64,000 bases of DNA from positions 1,123 to 65,122 of the IMG/VR virus record IMGVR_UViG_3300028920_000072; one strand, 5' to 3'. Positions within the stretch are counted from its first letter, which is position 1; each line of letters starts with the position of its first letter. The notes beneath the pieces are model-generated. The model was not told where the DNA came from. It searched no databases and worked only from the letters and a program-made list of their open reading frames with translations. The position numbers and the translations under genes were made by a program. This stretch comes from a virus (lineage: Duplodnaviria > Caudoviricetes). Below, in pieces: positions 9,893-23,800 of this stretch.

Positions 9893-11791
9893 ATGGGTGT
9901 AAATAGATTCGATACTCCAGCTCAAGCACAGTTTATAAACACATATGTGCCGATTCCATTTGAAGAAATGATGAAAGTTGGACAAATAAAACAAGAGAGA
10001 TATGATCGGGCTATGGCCGCTGCTGATGCTGCTGTAGCTCGAGCAGAACAACTGACCGCTATACCTAATAGTGAGGATCAATCTTATATAGAAGATGTAC
10101 AAAAAACTATGTATGAGATACGTGATAAATATGTTGTTAAAGATTTAACAGATACTATGGTTATTCGTCAAATGAATAATGAAATAAACTCTAGACTAGA
10201 TAAGAATTTAATAAATCATATACAACAATCTTATGGTGGTTGGCAAAAGTACATGCAACAAAAAGCATCCATGGAAGCTAAAGGACAAAAGGTGTATGAT
10301 GATTTTGATTTTACAGGATACAGTTCTAGAGGAAAAGAACATGGCGGAAAAGGAATATTTACTGGTTTACCTGTTATGGATTTAGGTGCTCAAGCAGAAG
10401 ATGCTATTGATAAATTCCTTAAGACAGCCGAAATGAAATGGCGTACTGCTGATGTAACTTCAGATCGTAAAGGAATAGAGCACTATAAAGATATCAATAC
10501 ACTTTATGCATTAATTGATTCTGAATCTGGTGAGCTGAGAGATAATCCAGCAATCCAGCAGTTCATGGAAAGAAATAATCTAGATGAAGAGGGATTTAAG
10601 GAAATACTTAAAAAAAGAGCTCCTAACTATATAGTGAGTCAAATATCTTCTACTTGGAATACTTCTGATGAAAAAACACCTCATCCTCCATATATGCCTG
10701 CCCCATTTGATGTTAGTGGTACTGAAACAGAGTCGATTGGAGATTTGAATTTACGTAAAATAGAAAAGAGAATTGGTTCTTTGTTAGCTAGTTCAAGTAA
10801 ATCTCAGAAAGAAAAAGGCAGGGAAATGGAGGCTGTATATGAGAAAATTAAAGAAGAATTTGGAGATAAAATTTCTCCAGATGTAGAAACTGCTAAAGAT
10901 GATCTTATAAAAGAATTAGAAGGTTTTGGTCCAGATGTTGTTTTGTCTTCTTTGTTAAACAGTATTATGGAACGACCTGGAGATTTTACAGAAGGTTTTT
11001 CAGCAGATCTTATTGCTAGTAGCAAATTTCATAAAGATATAAACAAAGAGCAAAAGAAAGCAATAGTAAATTATGCTAAAAAATTAAAAGAATTTCAATC
11101 AGAAACACTTAAGGGCATCGAAGGACTTACTCTTGACTTGTTAAATGAAACAGTTCAAGTTGATTATACTTTAGAACCACCAATTACATATAGTGCTGGA
11201 GTAGATTACATTGTAAACAGATTTACAGGTGAAAATGTGGGTCCTTCTGATTTTTCTCCTATTATGAAAGTGAATTTATTAAATCCTAAAGACATTAGTA
11301 TTATAGGAACTGAAGGCAAAGATGGTAAACCTATAAAGAATTTTGATAAAAACATATTAAAAGAATATATACCAATTAATATAAATACTCAAACGGAGTT
11401 ACGTTTTCAATATCAATATAAACCCGTAGTAGAAATTAATTTACAAAGAAGAGATGATGAAAACGATATCATAACCGTGAAGATGGCTGTAAACAATGAG
11501 AGACAACATCAAGCTCTTGTTAATGATCATATGAAAGCAGGTAATATAGAAACGGCCACTATATTAAGTTCTGGAAATGTAACTAAACAGGTAGATGAAA
11601 TGGAATATGATGAACCTACTTCTATTGATTTACCAACCGGCGATGCAGTAGATGTAAAACCAGGAGATTTTCCAGGCACATATGTAGTAAATTATCAAGG
11701 AATTGAGTACAAAGGTAGTAGAGAATATGTTAAAAAGCTTCTTTATCAATTTATGTACGAAATTAACAAACGTACAATGTTTTTACAATAA
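9893..11791 (+). CDS. Virion cargo protein preceding the RNAP
   Basis: N-terminal NRFD...FINTYVPIPFEEM resembles crAss-like internal virion proteins; synteny. Confidence 0.6.
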   Translation: MGVNRFDTPAQAQFINTYVPIPFEEMMKVGQIKQERYDRAMAAADAAVARAEQLTAIPNSEDQSYIEDVQKTMYEIRDKYVVKDLTDTMVIRQMNNEINSRLDKNLINHIQQSYGGWQKYMQQKASMEAKGQKVYDDFDFTGYSSRGKEHGGKGIFTGLPVMDLGAQAEDAIDKFLKTAEMKWRTADVTSDRKGIEHYKDINTLYALIDSESGELRDNPAIQQFMERNNLDEEGFKEILKKRAPNYIVSQISSTWNTSDEKTPHPPYMPAPFDVSGTETESIGDLNLRKIEKRIGSLLASSSKSQKEKGREMEAVYEKIKEEFGDKISPDVETAKDDLIKELEGFGPDVVLSSLLNSIMERPGDFTEGFSADLIASSKFHKDINKEQKKAIVNYAKKLKEFQSETLKGIEGLTLDLLNETVQVDYTLEPPITYSAGVDYIVNRFTGENVGPSDFSPIMKVNLLNPKDISIIGTEGKDGKPIKNFDKNILKEYIPININTQTELRFQYQYKPVVEINLQRRDDENDIITVKMAVNNERQHQALVNDHMKAGNIETATILSSGNVTKQVDEMEYDEPTSIDLPTGDAVDVKPGDFPGTYVVNYQGIEYKGSREYVKKLLYQFMYEINKRTMFLQ

Positions 11792-11809
11792 AAGATTAAT
11801 ATTTTAAAC

Positions 11810-14800
11810 ATGTTGGATAAAAAAGACATATTCGCTTCTTTAGGGAGCGATAAAAAAGATACACCATTAGGTCAAGAACCAGTTAATCCAAAAACAGGTC
11901 TTACAGAAGAAGATAAGAAAAAATTGTTTGAGGGATTAACTGGTTCAAGTCTTGGTGTTACAACTATCAGGGGGAGAGTTCCAAAATCTTACGAGCGTAT
12001 ACTCGGAGAGGAAGGCTATCACCCTGAATTTGGTTTTACAGCTACTCAGCAACAATTAGCAGAAGAACAATCTTGGGTTGGACAGTTTGGTAATATGTTA
12101 AATCAAATGATTGTTGGAGAAATTATAGGTGGCACCATTGAAGGTATTGGGTATTTATTAGATATACAACAATATGGGGATTTAGTAAATGGTACAGAAC
12201 AAGAGTGGGGTAATTGGTTAAGTGATGTAGGTAAAGATCTTAGAACTTGGACACAAGAAGTGAGTCCAATTTATGTTAGTCCCACTGCGCCTAAGTTTAA
12301 TCCAGGTAGTTGGTCGTGGTGGATGTCTAATATGCCATCTATTGGTTCTACGTTGTCGTTGTTGATACCTGCAACAGGTGCTGTTAAAGGGATATCGTTG
12401 TTAGGTAAAGCACTTAACATAGGTCAAAAAATTGGTAGGACTGCTGGTTGGATGGCCACTGGGATTGGTCGAGCGCTTGTATCTAGACATATGGAAAATC
12501 TCATGGAAGCTTCTGGTGTACATGAAGAGTCGTATCAAATAGCTAAACAGGAACTTATAAAACAATATGCTGATCAAATAAATCAAGAACTTAGTCAAAG
12601 TGCTTTAAAAAATCCATTTGCTACAGAAGAAGAAAAATTAGCAGCGGCTGAAGTCATAAATACCAAGTGGGAAAAAATAATAAACGAACAAGCTAAAATT
12701 CATGCTTCTAAAGCAGCAGCTAATACATATAAAAAACAATGGGTTACTGTTATGCAGGATATACCACAGTATTTGTTGTTTGGTATGCCACCTGGACTTG
12801 GTGGCGTTGTTGGAAAGGCGACAAAGGCCGCAAAGACAACTAATTTAAGTGGTAAAGTGGCTCGTGCTATGGGGATGGATGTTACTAAGTTATTTGCTAA
12901 TAAAGCTCGTTCTGTTGCTTTTGATATGTTGGGAGAAGGAGGAGAAGAAGCTTATCAATTTATTATTAATGAGCAATCAAAAGCTTTGATGCGTAAAGCG
13001 TTTGATCCTGATGTCAAACATAGTTTTTTAGATATTATAAAAGAAAACTATGACGATGGAGAATTATGGACATCTGCTGTTTTTGGTGCTTTAGGCGCTG
13101 GTGCAATGCAAGCAGTTGGTCGTGGTGCTAATAAACTTTTTATGGGAAAAGCTGATAAACGTAAAATAGAGAATATACGTAGCTGGAGCCCAGCTATGGC
13201 ACAGGCATATCAAGAATATTCTGCTGCTTTAGCGTCTGATGATCCTATTAAACAAAGACAAGCATACAATAGTTTTATTGCAATCAACGCCATCAAAGCA
13301 GATCTAAGTGGCAATGCTGACAATTTTGTTGAATTTATAGAACAAATGGCTGATAATCCGGATGATGCAACTTTGGCTAATTTTAATGTACAAAAAGAAC
13401 ATATTAGTTTTTTATCTGAAAATCCAGAACTCAAAGATACCATCAAATCTGATATGAACAGAATTGATAAACTTTTACGTACATATACTAAAGAAGTAGA
13501 TAAAAACGATAAAATATCAGCGGAAGACAAACTCAAAGCAGCAGCTGCTCTTACTCATAATAGGTTTTTGAAAGAAAAAACTTCTAAGGAGTTAAATTCA
13601 ATCAATGATGAAATATCCCAAATAGAGAGTGATCTTCCTGGTTTTGTCAATTCAACAGATGAAGTAAATGAACAAGGAGAGAATTTAATATATTCAGATA
13701 CTGGACGTGCTATAAAACAACTTGAGTATTATAAACAGTCATTGGAAGACACCATAGCTAAGCGACAAGCTTATATGGATGCCCATGATGATACTATGGG
13801 AGAAGTTGAAAAAGCTCAAAGTAAACTTGCAATATCAGTTGCGAAAAATAGATTACAACGAGCAAAAGGTGATCTCAAAGAACTTAGACAAAAATATACT
13901 AAAGAAGAAAGGAAAAACGATAAACAAATTCTTTTAGATGAACCTACTCTTAAGGAATATTTTTCTGCTAAGAAAAAGAAAGCATGGACAGAACTCGCAT
14001 TAGATCAATTGGATGCAGAAAAGAAGTATATAGAGTCCGGTAAACCCTTTGCTACTTCTAAAGATAAAGAAGATACAGCGGGAGAAGATGAAAAAACACG
14101 CAAAGAAGATAGTCCAAATATAGATGACACAGTTGAATATGTAAATAAAGATGGTCAAACAGTACGTGGTAAAATAGATGATATATTATTAGAGGATGAA
14201 TCTGCGACTAATCCCATGTATGTTGTTAGACTATTAGACGAAGAAGGTAAACTTACAGATCAAACTATTGTACTTGATCCGGAAGAAATACAAGATCACT
14301 TTAAAGATTCTACTGCATTAGAAGATAGTATAGATGATATTAGTTCTCCTTTAACTACAGAAGAGGAGAAGTGGTTTGAAATATTTAGTGAAGATGAAGA
14401 GATAGGCTCTGAAGGATCAGATGCTATTAATGGTTTGTCTTATACTCATTTCGATAAAGCCAAAAATTTGGAAATACGCAATGAAGCTTTAGATAAAGCT
14501 CTTAGAGACAAAAACAGAGATTGGTCTAAAGCTAAAGCATATTATTATATTGATGTCAATAGTGAGAGTTTTGATAAAATATATGATGAGTTAGAAGATA
14601 TACTTACTGATGCTCAGAAAGCAGTTATAAAAAAACTAAAGAAGATACAGCAGGAAAACTCTGATAAAAAACTTACCAAAAAAGAGATAGGTGCTTTGAC
14701 CATTGTTTCATATCCTTTAACAAAAGAAGAATATTCAGTTGAAAATAAAATCAAAAAAGGGGAAGATTTAACTAAAGAAGAAGAGGTTATATCAAACAGA

Positions 14801-17800
14801 ATACATAAAAAGAGACGTGCTTATAATTCTCTTTTAGATAGAATACCTATATTTGTAAAAATAGTACAGGGGGATGAGGTGTTCGATGGTGGTATGTATT
14901 TACATGCTACTGGTCATGATCGTATGCATGTGCCTAATAGTACAAAGAAAAAAGGACAAGCTGCTATTGATCAATATAAAGAAGAAAAGAAAAGTATAGC
15001 TAGGAGTAATCGTTCTGCTATTTTTTGGGCATATTTAAAAGGAGAAGAACCTTATACTACTGGATTGAAAATAGGTAGAGGATCTCTTAAAACTATTGAT
15101 AAGAGTTTGCCTAAAAGCAAAAGACAAAGAAATTTAGCAAAAGTTTTAAAGAAAAAATTCAATGATTGTAAACTTTTAATTGCTAATGGTACGTTAAGCA
15201 AAGGTACAACTGGTATAACTTTATATTCTGGACCTGTTACTTCAGGAGGCAAAGAGTCTAAATTTGGTCGTGGTTACAAATCTGCTGGTGGGGTATATAT
15301 ACGTGATGAAGAAGAAACACTTAACGGTGAACCATATGCTATTCATACAAACAAACGAAACATGTCTGAAGAACATGCTTTGATTGTACTTGAAGCATTT
15401 AGACAACAAGCATATGGAGTAAGAAAACCTAAAGGCAAGGATATATATGAAACTAGATTTCTTAAACCTTTTGTATTTAGTGAAAGTTCTTTAATAGATG
15501 AAGATGCTGTTGAAGGTTTAACTACTGGTCAAGTACTTGAATTATTAACTTATCACGGTCGTCATAGAACAGATCCAACTGATCCTAGATTTAATGCTAA
15601 AGGCAAAGATCCAAAATTATTAAAGGCACTTGAAAATAAAACTTTGTATCTTGATATAGGGGATCGTGCTTTGAAAGTATTTGGTGGTAAACCAACTGTT
15701 GCTTTGGTGTACGGTAAGGATAAAAAAATGATCAACTTACTTAACTATAGTGATGTTTTAGAAAAGAAAGATGATTTTATTAAGTGGGCTACTAAAAATT
15801 TAGTTTATCCTGTACATCTTGAAAACAGAGCGCTTCATTTAGAATTAAATAAGAATTTTTTAGACGGTCGTACTTTTAGAATAGGAAAGAAAGATCCAAT
15901 AGAACGCAAAAGGGGGGATAGATATAATGGTTTTGTTGTTAGAAATAATTTAATAACAGCTGATTTTGAACGTTTGGCCGATGGTAATCTGTATAGGGCG
16001 CCTTTTGTAGATCTTAATATAACCGATGGTAAAGGTAATCAAAGGATATTTACAAAAGACAATAAACCCGTACAACCTGTTGTGCCTGAACAAGAAAAGA
16101 TCAAATCTAAGGCAGAGGTTGAGTCTGAAAAAGCAAAGAAAGAAGCAGAGGTAGAGTACAAAAATCCATTTAATACACGTAGAGCACGTAGAGTCACTGT
16201 ATTTAGAGAAAATATACCAAGTAAATTAACTGATCAAGAAACCATAGTGCTTGTAGAAAATATTTCTAGGCACCTAGAAGAACTTATTACTACTGATAAG
16301 TCCACTCCTTATACTCCTTCAGAAATAGTAGATAAACTTTTAAAAGATACAGAAACATACGATGCAATCGTTTTTGGCGATAGACGAGGTGAACTTAATA
16401 AACCCATCAAGGAATATATCAAAATGCGTGTTGCTGGAGTTATTACTCGTACTTTAATAGATGAGTATAAATATGGGGAAACTTTAACTGATGGGGCCAA
16501 AGGTTCTCCAACTGAAGAGGCCGTTGCTCCTAAAGTTGTACCAAATGTAGTAGAAGAGTATAAAGACGAAGACGAAGTTGTAAAACCAGCTAAGGTTAAA
16601 AAAGAAGTTGAACAAGTTGCTGAAGAAGATATTGAAACAATAGAGGATGTATCTATAGATGATCTTAATAGTGTTTTTGAAGATCTTGATAACAACGATG
16701 ATTTGTTTAAACCCAGACAGGTCAGGAAAGAGTTAAAAAATTATACTGAACAAGATTTGGAAAAGGAACTCAAACGAGTTCTTAAGATGATAGGGCGTGA
16801 TGTAAACGATATCAAATTAATTAAACGTCTGGTTGATCTTACTGGAAATGGTAAACTTGATTGGGCAGCTTATTCGCACGATGCTATTGTATTATACGAA
16901 GCAGCAGAAGAGGGTACTATATATCATGAGACTTTTCATAGAGTTAGTTTAGGTTATTTAAAACCTATAGAACGTAAGCGGTTGTACAGTTTAGCTAAAG
17001 AATTTTATAAACTCAAAGAGGATGCCACTGATGACGAAATAGAAGAACGTTTGGCAGAAGAATTTAGGACTTACGTGTTGTTACAAGAGGAAAATGCTCC
17101 ACGTGGTATAATGAAAATTCTCAAAGACATATTAAATTTCATACGTGCGTTTTTTGTACGTCCAAATGGTATGACTAAGAATGAATTAGATGCTTTTTTT
17201 GAATCTATTTATAGAGGAGATTATAGATTTTCTAAAAAATTAGAAGAAAATAGAATAAAAAATGGCAAAAAATATGCTAGAGCTATAAAAGATAAAGAAT
17301 TTGACACTATAGTGTCTAGGGATTCTTTAAAAAACATAACTAAAACTCTAGCGGCTAAACTCTTAGCGGTAAATAATGTTACAGATCTTAATAATGTGGT
17401 TGCTATAGATCCAAACAAACTAATAAATTATTTAAGAAGACAAATAAAGATATTTAGTGTTCTTGAAACAAAAGAAGGTATACCAGAAATTCAAAAACAA
17501 AGAGCTACTAAAGTTAAAGCTCTGTTTGTTGAAATACTAGGCGATAATGAAGAAGGAGTTGCAGAAAATTTTCCTATATTTCATGAATATATAAACGCCT
17601 ATTTAAAAGATTTAGGAGTAAGAAAAACTAAAGAAGTAGACACATTTGATGAAAACGAAGAAGTTGTAGGTAAAGTTAGAATGGACAACACTCTTAAATC
17701 GTATGAGGTTTCGGTTTTAGATAGATCAATGGCTAGTGTTAAGTTTTTAGTTGGAACATTATATGAAGTGGCAGACATTGAAAGAGAAGTTCAAGAAGAT

Positions 17801-20800
17801 GGTACTGTTAAGATTATTCCTATTAAAGCAATAGATGAAACAACAGGATTGACAAAATTTGTGGATTTACATGAAGTATGGAGCAGAGCATTAAATGATT
17901 TACATATTTATTCTACTATAGAAGAGATGATAGATGAAATGCGTGCTTTTGCTGAAAAAGAAAACAGGTATTATTACTATGATTTAGCAAATAAATTAGA
18001 AAAACGAAAAGATGGGAAAAATGAACAGATAAGAAATCAATTTTTATCTACTTTTAGAAAACATAAGAGTTTGTTTATAGAAATGGGTTTTAAAAAACCC
18101 AGAGGTGGTTTTAGTTATAACTTTGTTATTAGAGAATCTAGCAGTAAACAGTTGGCTCGTGAAGTAGTGCTTATGTGGAATGAATGTTTTTATTTAGATC
18201 CTAGTATAGTTAGTACGGGTATGGATGGTAATAAATATTTAAACAGAGAATTCTTTCATAAATTGAATGCTGATTTTACAAATTTGTCCTCTGATTATGA
18301 AGAGAAATTAGATACAAATAAAGTAGATGCTAAAGTTATATCAGATACATATGATAAATTATCTGAATTATTTGATAGAATTCATGTAGGCGTTGATGTT
18401 GCTACTTTACAAACACTTGCTGATACTTTTGATAAAAAAACAGAAGAAGAAAGAGTTGGTTCTCTTATATCTTTTGTTGAAAAAGTATTTGTTGGAGAAT
18501 TTGCACGTAAAGCGGAAGAAGAGGAAGCAGTGGAAAAGATACCACGATCCTTTATTAACGACAGAGTATTTTATAGTGGCAGAGAAAATACGGAGCAATC
18601 TTTGAGCGAAGCTTATGCAAAAGCACATCCTGAAAAGTTTAGTGACATGGTATTAGGGGCTGAGAATTCAAGGTATTATACTTTTTCTCAACATAATTTA
18701 ATAACTGAAAATGTACTTAAGTATAAAACAGATCCTGATTTTATAAGAGGAAAAAAGAGCAGATTTTATAATCATCATAGTATTGGTTTACAACATTTAT
18801 TGGAATCTGAAGAAAATAGAAGAAATTTTGATATTGTTACTTTTAATTTAATGCGTAATGAAAGAATTAGAGATAAAGGTAGTTCTTTTAATAAATTATC
18901 TGTAATAGAAACTTATTTAATTAAATTTGCTGCTTTAGAGAATGGTTTTATGCCAATGCCAGTTCAAGCTAATCGTAGTAAGTATTATTTTATGAAAGGT
19001 TTGCCTGTTCTTAATTTTAATGAAGTTGTAACTAATATAACAGAAGATGGTTATGTGACTTTTAGTGATACTACTTTAGAAAGATTTTATGGTTATTTCT
19101 TAGATGAAAAAGAACGCATAGAAGAAATTAAAAAATTAGAGAAGGAGTATAAAGCAGCCGACGAAGATGGTAAAGCAGAAATACGTTCTAGAATGATATT
19201 AAATTATCATCACGATGGTTCGTTTGATTTTAAAACAGGAAACGCCAGAAATTTTATACACTTTAAAGTTTTTAATGGTAAAAATTTAAGTAAACTTTCT
19301 AAAAAGGAGATAAAAAATTTAATTAATGATGATCTAAACGCTAGATTAAAAGACGAAATAGATTATCTTGTTGGTATAGATGTTATATTAAACGAAGGAG
19401 AGGGTAATATATCCAATTTATTATTACAAGAGAATAAACTCATGGATATAGAAGATTATCTATCAGAAACAAGTAAAGAATTAGGTAGTGATTTAGAGAG
19501 TCCTGCTCTTAAAGTTAGAATAGCTGAATATTTAGTTAATCACATGTCTTCTATACTGGAATCGGAAAAGATGTTTTTTGCTGATCCGGCTATGTTTAAA
19601 AAAGACAAAGGATCTAAATTTGATGTTGCAGATGATGTTTATAAACGTTGGTTTGGCCCAGGTTCGACAGGTGAGAAATTTGCTGAACAAACGGATAGTA
19701 TGATGGATACTACTTATAATGTTGTTACTCTTAACACACAAACGTTTAAAAGTAAATATTATGATCGTTTGTTTGCTAAGCACGTAGAGTTAAACAAACA
19801 AATATTCGGTGAAGATAAACAAGATCATGCTGAAAAAGCTGCACAAATAGCATTAAAAGCATATGAAAAAGTAGATGCTACAGATGGTGCCATGTTAATA
19901 TCTCCTGAGTTTTATCGTTCTCTTATGATGAGGTTAGGAGCATGGTCTAATGAAAATCAAAAAGCATTTGAACTTTTGCAATCAAATAAAAAACTTACTC
20001 CTGAGGAAGAAGTTATTGCCAGAAACATTGTATTGCAACCAATCAAAACAGTATATGTAGGTAGTCAAAATAACAATGGAGTTGATCATTTTATTTATGA
20101 TAAAATGGCTATGTTTCCTATATTTAGACAAGTGGTTACAAACAAACACATGAAGATGTTACTTGATAGAATGGAAGCAGTTGGAGAATTTAAAGGGTTG
20201 GATAAAATACATGCTTTCAAATTTGATTCTGCTACCAAAGTAGGTAACGTGAGAGGTATTGATTTTTATTTAGATCCTGAGAATAGAAAACAGGTTAACG
20301 TAGATGGTCTTAAAAATGCTGTAATTACTCCACAAATGTATGAAAATTTGAGATATCAACTTGTAACTGATGTTCATGATGTCGTTGAACAAAATGTAGC
20401 TAGTCAAGTTGCAAAAGTTGCTATGGGTAATATACAAAAAGATGCAACGTATGGTGATAAAACAGGTAGGGAATTAATTCAGGATTTTGTTAAGACAATA
20501 TCAGAATTAAGTAATATAGGGACAGAGAAAGTAAAGGCGGATTTTAATATAGAAAATGGTCGTATATCAGATAAAAGATTAGTTGCTACTTTATTAAGAG
20601 CAGCTACGTCTGCTAATAAATCAGAAGATTTAATAAATGCCTTGAGATACGATGAAGAAAGAAATGAAATATATCTTAGCATTGATGCTATGACTAATAG
20701 AGCTTGGGTATATTCTAGACTTATGCCCATGATAAGTGAAAAAACGATTGATTTGACTTTTCCTGGTAATCAATTGATACAAGTCCCAGATTATGGCCAA

Positions 20801-23800
20801 GGGGTAGGTGTGGATGAAGAACTTGGTTTTTCTTATATGGACGAAAAAAACGAATTTATTAGAATGGAATCTAAAGTCTCTGAAAGATTACTTAGAGATA
20901 TAATACCTAATTATGCAAAACTAACTCATGAACAAAGAAAAGCTTTTATAAAGAAAAATGATATAACTTTAATAGCTTATCGTGTACCTGTACAAGGGCA
21001 AAACTCCATAGTTGTGATGAAAATAGCTGATTTATTACCAGAACAATCTGGAGATGTAATACATGTACCACTGGAATTTACTGCACTTACTGGTTCTGAT
21101 TTTGATATTGATAAGCTGTTTGTTATGCGTAAGTATTATAAAGTTAACAAGAAAGGCGAAGCCGTTCCTGTTAAATTTAGTACATCTGATTCATCAGAAG
21201 CAGTAAAAAGCAGGTATATAGCTAAAATAAATGAATTATATAATATACATAAATTTAACGAAGTTGTTATACCTAAGAGTATTCGTGAAAAAGTTGAAAC
21301 ATTTAAGAAAGTTGAACATTCGGCCAGATTAGAAAAAAGTAAAATATATAATGACGGTAGTTATAACGAACTTAAACCTTTGTACGATGAATTAAAAATA
21401 CTTAAAAGTAAGTACCAATTAGCTCCTGAACAAGACAAAGAGTCAATAATGGATGTAATATATGACATTCAAGAAAGGATAGCAATAGTTGAAGAAAAAA
21501 GAACAGATGTAGAAACTGGTGGAATAAACGATATTATATTAGCTGTTGAAGATGTTAAATTCCAAACTATAAAAGATCTTTTGGTTAAAGCTGGTTTAAT
21601 TTCTGGTGATATAGAAGTGTTTGCTAAATTACCAATAGAACAACAGAATACTGAAAAAGCTTTAAAAAATAGACTTTTTGATATATATACAACTATACTT
21701 ACTGATGAAAAACAATATCTTAATATTTCTACTCCATTGGGCAATTTGGTTAAATTGCTCGAAGAAACAGCAGATAAGTATGAAACTTTGGCCAAAAAGG
21801 ATAAAAACAAAGGGTTGGAATCATTGGAAACACTTACTCCTAAATATCAATCGGAAACAAGGTTTAAATTCATATCTTCTGATATGGGTATTGGTCCTGC
21901 TGCTTTAACTAACGTACATCATGTATTAACTCAATTGACTGAAATACAACTAAAAACTAGAAATAACTATGGTTGGAATGAAAAAGGCAGGCTTGATTTA
22001 AGTAGGGAAGTTGGAGAAGATGGTAGAAAGATACTTGATTGGACTTCTACTCAAATTGATGCGTTTGTAGATGCTGTTAAAAATCCTTTCATAATGAAAC
22101 TTAACGTTAATGATGCTACACAAAGTGTTGTCAACTTATTGTTAAGAGCAGGATTAGGTCTTACTACTTTTTCTTTTGTGTCTCAACCAATTCTAAAACA
22201 CTATGCTTTTGAATATTTTAATGCATCTGGTAGTATTAATCGATATTCTTCAGGTAATATAGAAAAACTAGTGGCAGATAACATCATGGCTATTTGGGCA
22301 GAAAAAGTTAATCCAGATGTAAGTGCTGAAGATTTGTTTAATGAAGATGAAAATAGGATAGACTTGCCTGCTATTTTAAATCAGACACAATTAGAAGAAG
22401 ATATAGATGCAAATAAACAAAACAATTCAGCTTTTTATATAAGACAGTTAAATGTATTACGACATTTTATATCTATAAATCAAGATGCTAAAGCGTTAAA
22501 TGCATTGGTCCTGGCCACGAGGGTTGATACAAAGGATTATGGTAGTAATCCAATAGAACTTAGACAATTTTTATATAATATACAAACACTAGAAAATAAA
22601 AACAAATTTGTTAATTTAGAAAAACTGATTAGTTCAGACGGTGAGGTTGTAGATGGAGGAATACATTTATCTGCTTTACTTAAAAACAGTGTCTTATTAG
22701 GCTTAGAACTAATGGGAGACAAAAGTATGTTTGCTACTACAGGTTTTGCTAAAACTATTCGTGATATATATGATTCTATACCTGGGGGTAAATCTTCTAG
22801 GATACTTAAAGAATTAAGCGAAGAATTATATACTTATTTCATTAGTGGTTTTTTCATAGATGCAGAAGACGGATTGAAGATGACACAAAAACAATTGTAT
22901 AGATTGTTCTTTGGTTTACATCCAACGGATGAAGGTAAAGATTTAAGTAATGATTTAATACCTGATTCTGTCTTTAATATGCTCAATAAAGCGCGTAGTA
23001 AAAATAGTAAATATTACGCAGAGTTGTCTAATAATAAATTTATACAATTTTTAACAATAGATGTAGATCCAGAGGGAGTTGTCAAAACTTTTATACGTAC
23101 TCCGTTTCATTCGTTTAATGAAAAGTGGAGCACGGACGATCTTATAGAAGATTTTAATAAGTTATTTACTCATGAAGCTAAAGAGATACGTGATTTAGCT
23201 AGAGTGTTATATATTTATTCTTTTTATTCTACTGGTTTTAGGCGTACGATGTTTGGTTATAATACGTTTATACCTAATGAAATCAATAAAGCAATTAGAT
23301 TACAAAATGGTAAAATTGTTAGTTTTGACAGACATGTAAAAAAGATTGTTGAATTTCTTAATAGCGAAGAGGGAAATACGTCTATGCTTTCGTCTGCTAA
23401 AAGAGAAGTATTTAAAAACAACTGGCAAAACGATGAGATTGTTAAAGTAGTGCCTATCACTGCTATAGAAGATAGTTTCACATATGGGGATAAAGGCGCT
23501 CAATATGCATTTGAATTAAGTTCTAAAAAGTTAACAAGATTCAAAGTTGGTTTAAATGCAGATGGTCAATCCTTATTTGCTCCTTATATCAAAATGGAAC
23601 TTTTTGGTGAAAAAAATGTATTATTAGAATACGTTGGATATAATCAAGAAACTAAAAATCCTATCTATGTTATTGTACCTAGAAAAGGTTATAGGTTTAG
23701 GGGTAAAGTATTAAACGAATATAACATAGGTAAAAAGATGGGCAACAGTATTCTTTTATCTAACGATCCGTTTTATTTACAACGTAATTTCTTAGCTGAA